NCBI GenBank assembly: GCA_021813645.1
Contig: JAKAJW010000158.1
Coordinates: 1 to 57,510 of the forward strand
DNA from: Pseudomonadota bacterium
GTDB lineage: Bacteria > Pseudomonadota > Alphaproteobacteria > Rhodobacterales > Rhodobacteraceae
Length of the DNA stretch: 57,510 nucleotides
Reading direction: 5' to 3'
Positions 47,933 to 57,510 of this stretch are shown one piece after another. Every line of letters starts with the position of its first letter. Within the stretch, counting starts at the first letter, position 1. Position numbers and translations under genes: made by a program. The notes beneath the pieces were generated by a model that saw nothing but the letters and a program-made list of their open reading frames with translations, searched no databases and was not told where the DNA came from.

Positions 47933-49045
47933 ATGGGCTTTCTGGATATCGCCAACGTCACCAAGTCCTATGGGAATGTCGAGGTCCTGCATAAGGTCGA
48001 TATCTCGGTCGCGGAGGGCGAGTTCCTCGTCCTCGTCGGCCCCTCGGGCTGCGGCAAGTCCACCTTGCTGAACATGATCGCCGGGCTCGAAGGCATCACC
48101 TCGGGCGAGATTGCGATCAAGGGCCGAGCGATGAACGGGGTGCATCCCTCGAAGCGCAACATCGCCATGGTGTTCCAGAGCTACGCGCTCTACCCCAATA
48201 TGACGGTGGGGCAGAACATCACCTTCGGGCTCGAGATGCACGGCACGCCGAAGCCGGAGCGCGAGGCGGCGATGAAGAAGGTCGCCGCCATGCTGCAGAT
48301 CGACAAGCTCTTGGACCGCAAGCCCGGCCAGCTGTCGGGCGGCCAGCGGCAGCGCGTCGCGATGGGGCGGGCGCTGGTGCGCAACCCCGACGTGTTCCTG
48401 TTCGACGAACCGCTGTCGAACCTCGACGCCAAGCTGCGTGTCGACATGCGCACCGAGATCAAGAAGCTGCACCAGTCGCTGAAGACGACGATTGTCTATG
48501 TCACCCACGACCAGATCGAGGCGATGACGCTCTCGACCCGGATCGCGGTGATGAACAAGGGCTATGTCCAGCAGCTCGGCACGCCCAAGGAGATCTACGA
48601 CACGCCGGCGAATATCTTCGTGGCGACCTTCATGGGCTCGCCGGCGATGAACATCGTTCCGGCGCGGGTGGTGATGCAGGACGGCGCCCCGCATGCCGAG
48701 GTGCGAGATGCCAGCGGCGGCGTGCAGCGCCTGCGGTTCAGCCAGCAGAACCTGGCGGGCTGGCAGGGGCGCGAGATCGCGTTGGGCATCCGTCCCGAGG
48801 CGATCACCGATCCGGAGGGGGCGGACCGCAAGTCGGGCAATATCCAGACCCTGACCAATCTGGTGGGCGTCACGGAGCCGGCCGGCTCCGATACCTTCGT
48901 CACCATGGCGCTGTCGGGCAAGGACGTGATCGGGCGCATGCGCGCCGATGCCGCCGTCGTGGCCGGCCAGACCTTCGAGTTCGCGGTGAACATGGAGAAG
49001 GCGGTGGCCTTCGATCCGGCGACGGAAGAACGCATCGCGCCATGA
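47933..49045 (+). CDS. sugar ABC ATP-binding protein (MalK-like)
   Basis: GPSGCGKST, LSGGQRQR, FDEPLSNLDAKLR. Confidence 0.95.
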   Translation: MGFLDIANVTKSYGNVEVLHKVDISVAEGEFLVLVGPSGCGKSTLLNMIAGLEGITSGEIAIKGRAMNGVHPSKRNIAMVFQSYALYPNMTVGQNITFGLEMHGTPKPEREAAMKKVAAMLQIDKLLDRKPGQLSGGQRQRVAMGRALVRNPDVFLFDEPLSNLDAKLRVDMRTEIKKLHQSLKTTIVYVTHDQIEAMTLSTRIAVMNKGYVQQLGTPKEIYDTPANIFVATFMGSPAMNIVPARVVMQDGAPHAEVRDASGGVQRLRFSQQNLAGWQGREIALGIRPEAITDPEGADRKSGNIQTLTNLVGVTEPAGSDTFVTMALSGKDVIGRMRADAAVVAGQTFEFAVNMEKAVAFDPATEERIAP

Positions 49046-50541
49046 CGGCCCCCGACATCGTCATCATCGGCTCGGGCATGGGGGGCGCGACGCTGGCCGC
49101 GGCGCTCGCCCCGACGGGCCGAGCCATTCTGATCGTCGAGCGTGGCGAGCGCCTGGCGAACACGCCGGAGGCGCGCGACGCCGGGGCGATCTTCGCGCGC
49201 GGACATTTCCGCCCGCGGGAGGAATGGCTCGATGGCGCGGGGCAGCCCTTCAACCCGGGCAATTACTACTACGTCGGCGGCAATTCGAAGTTCTACGGAG
49301 CCGTGCTGATCCGCTACCGCGCCGAGGATTTCCGCCCGCTGCGCCATATCGGCGGCACCACCCCGGGCTGGCCGATCTCCTACGCCGAGATGGAGCCGTT
49401 CTACAGCGCGGCGGAGGCGCTCTACCGCGTTCGCGGGTGCACGGGCGAGGATCCGACGGAGCCGCCGCGCTCGCAGTCCTATGCCTATCCGCCGGTTCCC
49501 GACGAGCCCGATATCGCCGATTTCCGCCGGCGGCTGGAAGCGGTGGGCCTGCATCCGGCCTCGCTGCCGCTCGGGGTGGACATTTCCCGCTGGCTCGCCT
49601 CGGGCCAGACCCCCTGGGATGCCTTTCCCGACACCTGCGGCGGCAAGATGGATGCCGAGACGGTCGGCCTGGCCGAGGCGCTGAAACATCCGAACGTGAC
49701 GCTGGCGAGCGGGACCAAGGCGGTTCGGCTCGAGGCCGGGCCGGACGGCCGGATCGCCGGGGTGGAGATCGAGACGGCGGGGCGGCGCGAGGTCGTGCGG
49801 GCGCCGTTGGTCGTGCTTTCGGCCGGGGCGGTGCAGTCGGCGGCGCTTCTTCTCGGCTCGGCCACCGCGGCATGGCCGAAGGGGCTGGCGAACGCGTCCG
49901 ACCAGGTCGGCCGCAATTTCATGAACCACAACTGCTCGGCAGTGCTGGCGCTGCATCCGTTGCGGCGCAACCGGTCGGTCTATGAAAAGACCCTTATGGT
50001 CAACGATTTCTACCTGAGCGGCGGGCCGAATGGCGAGCCGCTGGGCAATATCCAACTGCTTGGCAAGATCTCCGGGCCGATCCTCGCCGCGGTCTCCTCC
50101 CTGCCGCGTCCGCTGGCCGGCTGGATCGCCGGGCGGTCGATCGATCTCTATGCCATGTCCGAGGATCTGCCGAACCCGGAGAGCCGCGTCACCCTCGAGG
50201 GTGGGCGCATCCGGCTCGATTGGAAACGCTCGAACTGGGAGGCGCATCTTGCGCTTGTCGCCCGGCTGAAGGGCCTGTTGCGCAGGGCCGGCTACCCGGT
50301 CGTGCTGTCGCGGCCGTTCGACCGTCGCACCCCTTCGCATCAATGCGGCACGGCGCGGATGGGGGCGGATCCCGCCGCCAGCGTCGTGGACAGCTATTGC
50401 CGGAGCCACGACCACAGGAACCTCTTCGTGGTCGATGCCTCGGTGCTGCCCACGTCGGCCGCGGTCAATCCGGCCTTGACGGTGGCCGCGCTGGCGCTCC
50501 GCGCGGCGCAGCATATCCGCCAGACGGAGTTCGCGGCATGA
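49042..50541 (+). CDS. GMC oxidoreductase
   Basis: GSGMGG, VGGNSKFYG, HQCGTARMG, AVNP. Confidence 0.9.
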   Translation: MTAPDIVIIGSGMGGATLAAALAPTGRAILIVERGERLANTPEARDAGAIFARGHFRPREEWLDGAGQPFNPGNYYYVGGNSKFYGAVLIRYRAEDFRPLRHIGGTTPGWPISYAEMEPFYSAAEALYRVRGCTGEDPTEPPRSQSYAYPPVPDEPDIADFRRRLEAVGLHPASLPLGVDISRWLASGQTPWDAFPDTCGGKMDAETVGLAEALKHPNVTLASGTKAVRLEAGPDGRIAGVEIETAGRREVVRAPLVVLSAGAVQSAALLLGSATAAWPKGLANASDQVGRNFMNHNCSAVLALHPLRRNRSVYEKTLMVNDFYLSGGPNGEPLGNIQLLGKISGPILAAVSSLPRPLAGWIAGRSIDLYAMSEDLPNPESRVTLEGGRIRLDWKRSNWEAHLALVARLKGLLRRAGYPVVLSRPFDRRTPSHQCGTARMGADPAASVVDSYCRSHDHRNLFVVDASVLPTSAAVNPALTVAALALRAAQHIRQTEFAA

Positions 50542-50611
50542 CGGCGAGAGTCAACAACAGCAAGGCACGCGCTGCGAAGGCCGTCCGGGCTGCGCTAGGA
50601 TAGAGGAAGCG

Positions 50612-52195
50612 ATGCAGGCTAACTTCGACTTTATCATCGTCGGCGGCGGCTCGGCCGGGTCCGTGGTCGCGGCCCGGCTGACCGAAGACCCGGCCGTGAA
50701 GGTTCTGCTGCTCGAGGCCGGGCCGCGGGACTGGCATCCGTTCTTCCATGTCCCTGCCGGCTTCGCGAAGATGACCAAAGGGATCGGGTCCTGGGGCTGG
50801 GAAACGGTTCCCCAGCGCCACATGCAGAACAAGGTGTTCCGCTACACTCAGGCCAAGGTGATCGGCGGCGGCTCGGCGATCAACGCCCAGATCTACACCC
50901 GCGGCAATGCGCAGGACTACGACGACTGGCGCCAGAGGGGCTGCGCGGGCTGGGGCTATGAGGACGTCTTGCCCTATTTCCGCAAGGCCGAGGACAACGA
51001 CACCTACGACAACCGCTATCACGGCAAGGGCGGCCCGCTCGGCGTCAGCCAGCCTATCGCGCCGCTGCCGGTCTGCGAGGCCTATTTCGAGGCCGCCGCG
51101 GCGCTGGGGATTCCGCGCAATCCGGACGTGAACGGAGAACGGCAGGATGGCGTCGCCTATTACCAGCTGACCCAGCGCAAGGCGCGCCGGTCCTCGGCCG
51201 CGATGGCCTATCTGGCCCCGAACCGCGGCCGCAAGAACCCCACGGTCAGGACCGGAGCGGACGTCCGCCGGCTGCTCGTGGCCAACGGCCGGGCGACCGG
51301 GGTCGAACTGATGACCGGCGAGCGGCTGCTGGCCGGGGTCGAGGTCATCTTGTCCTCGGGCGCGATTGGCACGCCGCGGCTGCTGCAGCTGTCGGGGATC
51401 GGCCCGGCCGCGCATCTCGAGAGCCTCGGGATTCCGGTCGTCTACGATCAGCCGGGCGTCGGGGAGAACCTGCAGGACCATCTCGATCTCTACTGCATCT
51501 GCGAGCTCAACGGGCCCTACAGCTATGACCGCTATGCCAAGCCGCAGTGGGCGGCGCTAGCGGCGTTGCAGTACCTCTTCACCCGCAAGGGGCCGGTCGC
51601 CTCGTCGCTGTTCGAGACCGGCGGGTTCTGGTACGCCGATCCGGACGCCCGTTCGCCGGACATCCAGTTCCACCTCGGGCTCGGCACCGGGATCGAGCAT
51701 GGCGTTGCCTCGATGCCGATGGGGGGGATCACCCTCAACTCCTGTTACCTGCGCCCGCGCTCGCGCGGGACGGTGCGGCTGCAATCGGCCGACCCGGCGG
51801 CGGCGCCGCTGATCGACCCGAACTACCTGCAGGATGCGCGCGACCGTGAGATGTCGATCCGGGGCCTGCAGATCACGCAGGAGATCCTGGCCCAGGCGCC
51901 GATGAAGCGCTTCATCAAGGCTGAGCGCCTGCCGGGCCCGGAGGTGAAGACCGATCAGGACTATTTCGACTTCATCTGCCAGCACTCCAAGACCTCGCAT
52001 CACAGTGCCGGCACCTGCCGGATGGGGCCGGATGCCGAGGCGGTCGTCGATATCCGCCTGCGGTTCAACGGCATCGAGGGGCTGCGCGTGGTGGACAATT
52101 CGATCATGCCCACCGTGATCTCGTCGAACACCAACGCGGCGGCGATCATGATCGGCGAGAAGGCCTCTGACCTGATCCGCCAGGATCATGCATGA
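50612..52195 (+). CDS. GMC oxidoreductase (choline/sorbose dehydrogenase-like)
   Basis: GGGSAG, GGGSAINAQIYTRG, VGENLQDH, HSAGTCRMG, NTNA. Confidence 0.92.
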   Translation: MQANFDFIIVGGGSAGSVVAARLTEDPAVKVLLLEAGPRDWHPFFHVPAGFAKMTKGIGSWGWETVPQRHMQNKVFRYTQAKVIGGGSAINAQIYTRGNAQDYDDWRQRGCAGWGYEDVLPYFRKAEDNDTYDNRYHGKGGPLGVSQPIAPLPVCEAYFEAAAALGIPRNPDVNGERQDGVAYYQLTQRKARRSSAAMAYLAPNRGRKNPTVRTGADVRRLLVANGRATGVELMTGERLLAGVEVILSSGAIGTPRLLQLSGIGPAAHLESLGIPVVYDQPGVGENLQDHLDLYCICELNGPYSYDRYAKPQWAALAALQYLFTRKGPVASSLFETGGFWYADPDARSPDIQFHLGLGTGIEHGVASMPMGGITLNSCYLRPRSRGTVRLQSADPAAAPLIDPNYLQDARDREMSIRGLQITQEILAQAPMKRFIKAERLPGPEVKTDQDYFDFICQHSKTSHHSAGTCRMGPDAEAVVDIRLRFNGIEGLRVVDNSIMPTVISSNTNAAAIMIGEKASDLIRQDHA

Positions 52196-52282
52196 GCGGG
52201 ACCGGTCAGCCGGTCCCCGCTTGCCCGGGAACCTCGCTTAGGGTCAGGTTGATCGGCACCGAACAGAGACGGAACGAGCGCA

Positions 52283-53344
52283 ATGGAGCGTAGACCGACG
52301 ATCATCGACGTGGCGCGCAAGGCGGGCGTCTCCAAGTCCACCGTGAGCCTCGTCCTGCAAAACAGCCCATCGGTGCGCGAGCAGACCCGCCAGCAGGTGC
52401 GCGATGCAATGGCGGAGATCGGCTACGTCTACAACCGCGCGGCCGCCAACCTGCGCAGCGCGGGGGCGGGGCTGATCGGGCTGGTCATCAACGACCTACG
52501 CAACCCGTTCTTCACCGAGTTCGCCACCTCGCTGCAGATGGCGCTTTCGGCCCGGGGCTTCGCGACCGTCGTTGCCAATACCGATGAGGATCCGCGGCTG
52601 CAGGCGCAGGTGATCGCCGCGATGATCGAACACGGGGTTTCGGCGCTCATCATCTCGCCCGCCTATGCGGATGGCGACGGCGCCTTCGACGCGATCGCGC
52701 GGGCCGGCATCCCCACCATGCAGGTTTTGCGCAAGGTGGATGCGCGGGTCGAGCTGTTTCCCTTCGCCGCGCCGGACTATCTGGCGGGCAGCCGGATTGC
52801 GACCGCTCATCTACTTGACGGCAAGGCCCGCCGCATCGCCTTCGTCGGCGGGCTCGAGGGCCGCAGCGTGACCCAAGAGCGGATGGCCGGCTATCTGGAA
52901 GTGCTGAAATCGGCTGGCATGCCGCCCTTGACGCTCTTCGGCCGGTCGAGCCGGAGCTTCGGCCGCGATGTCGCCCGACGGTTGGCGCAGGAGCACCCCG
53001 AGGTGGACGCGGTTGTCTGCTTCAACGATCTCGTGGCGCTCGGGCTGATTGCCGGTTGTGCCGAGATCGGCCGGCCGGTCGGCGGCGCGGGGCTGCGGGT
53101 CGTCGGTTTCGACGATATCGAGGAATGCAGCCAGATCTGGCCGAGCCTCTCCTCTGTCCGCTGCGGCATTGCCGGCTTCGGCGAGGCGATCGCCGCGACC
53201 ATCCTCGGCTGGCTGGAAGATGGCCGGGTGCCGCCGCCGGAAAGTCGGACGGCGGTCCAGCTGATGATCCGCGATTCCAGCGCCCTGTCGCCCGCGCCTC
53301 GGCCGGGCAGCCCACGTCACGCCGAACCGGAGGTTCCCTCTTGA
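52283..53344 (+). CDS. LacI-family transcriptional regulator
   Basis: TIIDVARKAGVSKSTVSLVL HTH; VVGFDDI. Confidence 0.95.
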   Translation: MERRPTIIDVARKAGVSKSTVSLVLQNSPSVREQTRQQVRDAMAEIGYVYNRAAANLRSAGAGLIGLVINDLRNPFFTEFATSLQMALSARGFATVVANTDEDPRLQAQVIAAMIEHGVSALIISPAYADGDGAFDAIARAGIPTMQVLRKVDARVELFPFAAPDYLAGSRIATAHLLDGKARRIAFVGGLEGRSVTQERMAGYLEVLKSAGMPPLTLFGRSSRSFGRDVARRLAQEHPEVDAVVCFNDLVALGLIAGCAEIGRPVGGAGLRVVGFDDIEECSQIWPSLSSVRCGIAGFGEAIAATILGWLEDGRVPPPESRTAVQLMIRDSSALSPAPRPGSPRHAEPEVPS

Positions 53345-55416
53345 GCCTGGATATTCCGCAGCACATCCTCGACTCCCTGACCGATGTCGACATGCCCCGG
53401 CTGGGGCGAGAGCCCGAACTGGCAGAGCGACTGTCGGTCGCCGGCCACGGCCTCCCGGTCTTCTCGGCCGGTGCGTTGGTCGTCGGCAGCGGCGCGGCGG
53501 GGCTGCGCGCGGCGGTGGAGCTGAAGCGCCGCGGGGTGGATGTCGCGATCCTGACGCAGAGCGCCTGGGGCGGCACCTCGGCCTGTTCCGGTTCGGACAA
53601 GCAGACCCTGCACACGGCCAACACCTCCGACCAGGGCGACAATTACCGCGACATGGCGGCGGCGATCCGCGCCGGCGGCGCGATGGACGAAGACACGGCC
53701 TATGTCGAGGCGGTGGGCTCCGCCCGGGCGATGGCCTCGCTGCAGTTCCTCGGGCTGCCGCTGCCGCAGGACCGGCTTGGCGGCACGCTGCGCTACAAGA
53801 CCGATCACGACGAGGTCGGCCGGGCCACCAGTTGCGGACCGCGCACGTCGCGGCTGATGGTCAAGGTGCTGGCGCAGGAGGCGATCCGGCTCGGTATTCC
53901 GGTCTTCAACCAGATGACCGCGGTTCGTATCCTGCGGGGCGAGGGCGGCGACGTTCTGGGCCTGGTCGCGCTTCGCGCGAAGGAGCGGGGCGACGGCAAT
54001 CCGCTGGGCGCCGTGTTCTTCCGTGCCCCGGTTCTGGTGCTTGCCGCCGGGGGCCCGGGCGAGCTCTACCGTGACAGCGTGTTCCCGAACGGCTGTTTCG
54101 GTTCGCTTGGGCTAGCGCTCGAAGCGGGGCTGGACTTGGTCAACCTCACCGAAAGCCAGTTCGGCATCGGCACGAGGCGCGAAGGGTTCCCTTGGAACCT
54201 GTCGGGCACCTATGTGCAGGTGATCCCGCATATCTACTCGGTGGATGCCGCCGGGACGGAGCACCACTTCCTGGCGGACTATTACCGCAGCACCCAGGAA
54301 CTGGCCTCGAACGTCTTCCGCAAGGGCTATCAGTGGCCGTTCCACGCAACCCGGATGCTCGACTTCGGCTCGAGCCTGGTCGATCTGGCGATCTTCCACG
54401 AGGGCGCCCTGGGGCGGCGGGTCTTCATGGACTTCAACCGCAATCCGCTGCCGGTGCCGGGCGATCTCCCCTTCGACCTCGGACGGCTCGACGCCGACGT
54501 GGCCGCCTATCTGCGCAAGTCTGGCGCCGACCAGGCGCTGCCGATCGACCGCTTGCGCCACATGAACCCGCTCGCGATCGAGCTCTACCGCCGCTACAAG
54601 GTCGACATCGCGGCCGAGCCCCTCGAGTTCGCCGTCAACAACCAGCACATGAACGGCGGCATCGCGGTCGATGTTTGGGGCCAGAGCTCCGTGCCCGGCA
54701 TCTATGCCGTGGGAGAGGCAGCCGGCACGCATGGCGTCACCCGGCCGGGGGGGGCGGCGCTGAATGCCGGTCAGGTGTTCGGAATCCGGGTCGCCGAACA
54801 TATCGCGGGAAGCGGGCGGACCGCGCAGCCGGCGGCCGGGGATCCCGCGGCCGCCCTGCAGCAGGCGCTGGCGGCGATCGAGGCCGTGGCGCGGGCCGAC
54901 AGCCCGTTGACGCTACGCGGTGTCCGGCAGGAGGTGCAGGCGCGGATGAGCGAGAAGGCCGGCATCCTCTGCGCGCCGGACGAGGTTCGCGCCGCCCTGG
55001 CCGAGGCGCATCGGCTGAACGCCGAAATCCGTCAGCATGGCATTCGCCTCGACCGCCCGTCCGAGCTTGCGCGCCTGGTCCAGTGGCAGCAGATGGCCCT
55101 GGCCTCCGAGGCGGTTCTGGCGGCGCTCGACTTCTACATCGCGCAGGGCGGCGGCAGCCGTGGCGCCCGCGCGATCCGCGATCCAGCGGGCAGCGGCCTT
55201 CCGATGGCGAAGGCGGGGCCGCTCGAGGCCTATCGCTTCCGCGCGGAAAGCCCCGCCCATCGGGGCGAGCAGATCGTTGCCCGGCTCGCAGGCGGCAAGA
55301 TCGGCCTGTCGGTCCGGCCAAACCGCGGCAGCGACGCCGCCGAAAGGCCGTTTTTCGAGCGCGACTGGCCGGCCTGGCTGACCGGGGCAATCTACGCGCC
55401 GGGCGACGCGCGATGA
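53341..55416 (+). CDS. SdhA/FrdA/NadB-like FAD-binding protein
   Basis: TTG start overlapping the LacI stop; GSGAAGLRAA, LAAGG, HMNGGI, AVGEAAGTHG..RPGG.ALN. Confidence 0.82.
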   Translation: MSLDIPQHILDSLTDVDMPRLGREPELAERLSVAGHGLPVFSAGALVVGSGAAGLRAAVELKRRGVDVAILTQSAWGGTSACSGSDKQTLHTANTSDQGDNYRDMAAAIRAGGAMDEDTAYVEAVGSARAMASLQFLGLPLPQDRLGGTLRYKTDHDEVGRATSCGPRTSRLMVKVLAQEAIRLGIPVFNQMTAVRILRGEGGDVLGLVALRAKERGDGNPLGAVFFRAPVLVLAAGGPGELYRDSVFPNGCFGSLGLALEAGLDLVNLTESQFGIGTRREGFPWNLSGTYVQVIPHIYSVDAAGTEHHFLADYYRSTQELASNVFRKGYQWPFHATRMLDFGSSLVDLAIFHEGALGRRVFMDFNRNPLPVPGDLPFDLGRLDADVAAYLRKSGADQALPIDRLRHMNPLAIELYRRYKVDIAAEPLEFAVNNQHMNGGIAVDVWGQSSVPGIYAVGEAAGTHGVTRPGGAALNAGQVFGIRVAEHIAGSGRTAQPAAGDPAAALQQALAAIEAVARADSPLTLRGVRQEVQARMSEKAGILCAPDEVRAALAEAHRLNAEIRQHGIRLDRPSELARLVQWQQMALASEAVLAALDFYIAQGGGSRGARAIRDPAGSGLPMAKAGPLEAYRFRAESPAHRGEQIVARLAGGKIGLSVRPNRGSDAAERPFFERDWPAWLTGAIYAPGDAR

Positions 55417-56378
55417 CGGCTGGTGCCCACAAGGTTGTCGCCATCGGCGAAGCCATGCTCGAGATGGCGCCGGTCGGGCAGGGGCTCTACCGGCGCGGCT
55501 TCGCGGGCGACACGTTCAACACCGCCTGGCATATGGCCCAGCTTTTGGGCCGGGCCGCGTCGGTCGGCTTCGCCACCCGCGTCGGGCAGGACAGCCTCTC
55601 GCAGGGGTTCTTGGCGGAGCTGCGGGCGGATGGGCTCGACGTCTCGGGGATCGGTCTCGACCCGCTGCGCAGCCTCGGTCTTTACCTGATCGAGTTGGAA
55701 GGGGTCGAACGCCGGTTTCACTACTGGCGCAGCGCCTCCGCCGCGCGCGCGCTAGCGGACGACCGCGCCGGGCTGGAAGCGGCGGTTTCCGGCGCCGCGT
55801 TGATCCATTTTTCCGGCATCACGCTCGCCATCCTGAGCCCGGGCGCGCGCCAGACGTTGCTGAGCGTCCTGCGCGCGGCGCGGGCCGGCGGCGCGCGGAT
55901 TTCCTTCGACCCCAACATCCGGCCGCGGCTGTGGGCGTCGCCCGCCGAGAGCCGCGCGGCGATGCGGGATTTTCTGACGGTGACGGATATCGCGCTGCCG
56001 AGCTTTGACGACGAGGCCGCCCTGTGGGGCGATGCAACACCGGCCGTCACGGTGGAGCGGTACCGGAACTTCGGGATTGCCGAGATCGTCGTCAAGGACG
56101 GCGCGAAGCCGGTGCATGCATTCGCCGATGGCGCCGCGCAGGTCTTGGCGACGCCGGAGGTTCCCGACGCTTGCGACACGAGCGGGGCAGGGGATGCCTT
56201 CAACGCCGGCTATCTCGCCGCCCGCCTGCTGCGGCTTGGCGCGACGCTGTCGCTCGCGACCGGCCAGGCGCTGGCGGCGGAGGTGATCAGGACCTACGGC
56301 GCGCGTGCCGAGAAAGCCCGTGTCGCCGGGCTGATGCCGGCCCGGATCGCCGGGGAGGGCGGCCTGGCGCCGCTCTAG
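55413..56378 (+). CDS. kdgK: PfkB kinase, 2-keto-3-deoxygluconate kinase-like
   Basis: IGEAMLEM, AGDTFNTA, FDPNIRPRLW, DTSGAGDAFNAG. Confidence 0.85.
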   Translation: MTAGAHKVVAIGEAMLEMAPVGQGLYRRGFAGDTFNTAWHMAQLLGRAASVGFATRVGQDSLSQGFLAELRADGLDVSGIGLDPLRSLGLYLIELEGVERRFHYWRSASAARALADDRAGLEAAVSGAALIHFSGITLAILSPGARQTLLSVLRAARAGGARISFDPNIRPRLWASPAESRAAMRDFLTVTDIALPSFDDEAALWGDATPAVTVERYRNFGIAEIVVKDGAKPVHAFADGAAQVLATPEVPDACDTSGAGDAFNAGYLAARLLRLGATLSLATGQALAAEVIRTYGARAEKARVAGLMPARIAGEGGLAPL

Positions 56379-56443
56379 CGGCGGCGCCTTCGGGGCGGGG
56401 GCCCCCGTTTCGCAGAGCGGCGCCGCTGCGATCCGCCTGGCGA

Positions 56444-57510
56444 CTATTGCAGGTCGTCGGGCAGCAGCGCCTCGGGCATGTTCTGATAGCAGACCGGCCG
56501 CAGGAAGCGGCGGATCGACAGGGTTCCGACCGAGGTCGCCCCGAAGTTGGTGGAGGCAGGGTAGGGGCCGCCATGCACCATCGCGTCGCAGACCTCGACC
56601 CCCGTCGGGAAGCCGTTGGCCAGGACCCGTCCGGCCTTGCGTTCGAGGACCGGCATCAGCTGGCGGGCCAGTGCGCTGTCGGCGGAATCGAGGTGCAGCG
56701 TCGCGGTCAACTGGCCTTCCAGCGACCGGGCGATGGCGAGCATCTGATCCGGGTCGCGGGCGGTGACGATCAGGCCCAGGGGGCCGAAGACCTCTTGCGA
56801 CAGGGTGTGGTTGGCCAGCCAGTCGTCGCCCGCGACGACGAACAGGTAGGGCGTTGCGTTCCGGAGGTCGCAGACCGAGGTGAGCACTTCGCGCACGCCG
56901 GTGCCCGCGGCGATTCGGTCGCGCCCGGCCCGATAGGCCGAGGCGATGCCGTCGGTCAGCATGACCTGCGCGCCGATGCTGGCGAGCGCGGTCTTCGCGG
57001 CCTCGGCGATGGCCGCGGCCTGCGTCTCCAGCACCACGGCGATGCCGGGATTGGTGCAGAACTGCCCGGCGCCCATCGTCAGCGAGCCGGCCCAACCCTT
57101 CGCGATCTCGGCCCCACGCGCGGCGACCGCGGCGGGCAGCAGGAACATCGGGTTGACCGAGCCCAGTTCGCCGAAGAAGGGGATCGGCTCGGGGCGCGCG
57201 GCGCAGAGGTCGAAGAGCGCCCGGCCCCCGGCCAAAGAACCGGTGAAGCCCACCGCCCGGATCAGCGGATGCTGCACCAGCGCCCGGCCCACCTCGCGCG
57301 CGCCGCCATGGACGAAGCTGAACACGCCCGGCGGGAGGTTGCAGCGCGCGATGGCAGCGGTGATCGCCTCGGCCACGATCTCGCCGGTGCCGGGATGCGC
57401 CTCATGGCCTTTCACCACCACCGGGCAACCCGCGGCCAGCGCCGCCGCGGTGTCGCCGCCGGCGGTCGAGAAGGCGAGCGGAAAGTTCGAGGCGCCGAAC
57501 ACCGCCACCG
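56444..57510 (-). CDS. alpha-ketoglutaric semialdehyde (NADP) dehydrogenase, 5' end outside the window
   Basis: VFGASNFPLAFSTAGGDTA, GELGSVNP, GQFCTNPG, HGGPYPAS. Confidence 0.92.
   Translation of the reverse strand, partial: VAVFGASNFPLAFSTAGGDTAAALAAGCPVVVKGHEAHPGTGEIVAEAITAAIARCNLPPGVFSFVHGGAREVGRALVQHPLIRAVGFTGSLAGGRALFDLCAARPEPIPFFGELGSVNPMFLLPAAVAARGAEIAKGWAGSLTMGAGQFCTNPGIAVVLETQAAAIAEAAKTALASIGAQVMLTDGIASAYRAGRDRIAAGTGVREVLTSVCDLRNATPYLFVVAGDDWLANHTLSQEVFGPLGLIVTARDPDQMLAIARSLEGQLTATLHLDSADSALARQLMPVLERKAGRVLANGFPTGVEVCDAMVHGGPYPASTNFGATSVGTLSIRRFLRPVCYQNMPEALLPDDLQ

Overview
High-GC alphaproteobacterial DNA, probably Rhodobacteraceae (inferred from the protein families), in three blocks. 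(1) About 1-21.5 kb is the late region of a siphoviral prophage. It has lambda-like head genes, a tail tube, a chaperone with a -1 frameshift site, a tape measure, a BR0599-type tail-tip module with a vWA insertion, a lysis cassette and a decayed DUF2793/C1q tail-fibre relic. Four reverse-strand cargo loci interrupt the operon: a pRiA4b-ORF3-like gene, RES-Xre, an unknown 125-aa gene and HigBA. No integrase or terminase lies in the window. (2) About 21.5-39.6 kb is a fluoride/anion-stress island. It holds three near-identical fluoride (crcB) riboswitches upstream of an RppH-like Nudix gene, a 26-codon micro-ORF followed by an intact crcB, and a tandem pair of MutS-like ATPases with Asn in the Walker-B motif. 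It also has an accessory enolase, a P3A-type H+-ATPase, a USP, and a partly decayed ChrB-like/COG4280/crcB-crcB/DUF190 operon whose promoter spacer is filled by a palindrome. (3) About 39.9-57.5 kb is a LacI-controlled sugar catabolic cluster: Afr-like reductase, CoA transferase, crotonase, ALDH, ABC transporter, two GMC oxidoreductases, a stand-alone SdhA-like flavoprotein, a KdgK-like kinase and a convergent partial KGSA dehydrogenase. All family calls come from reading motifs by eye; no searches were run.
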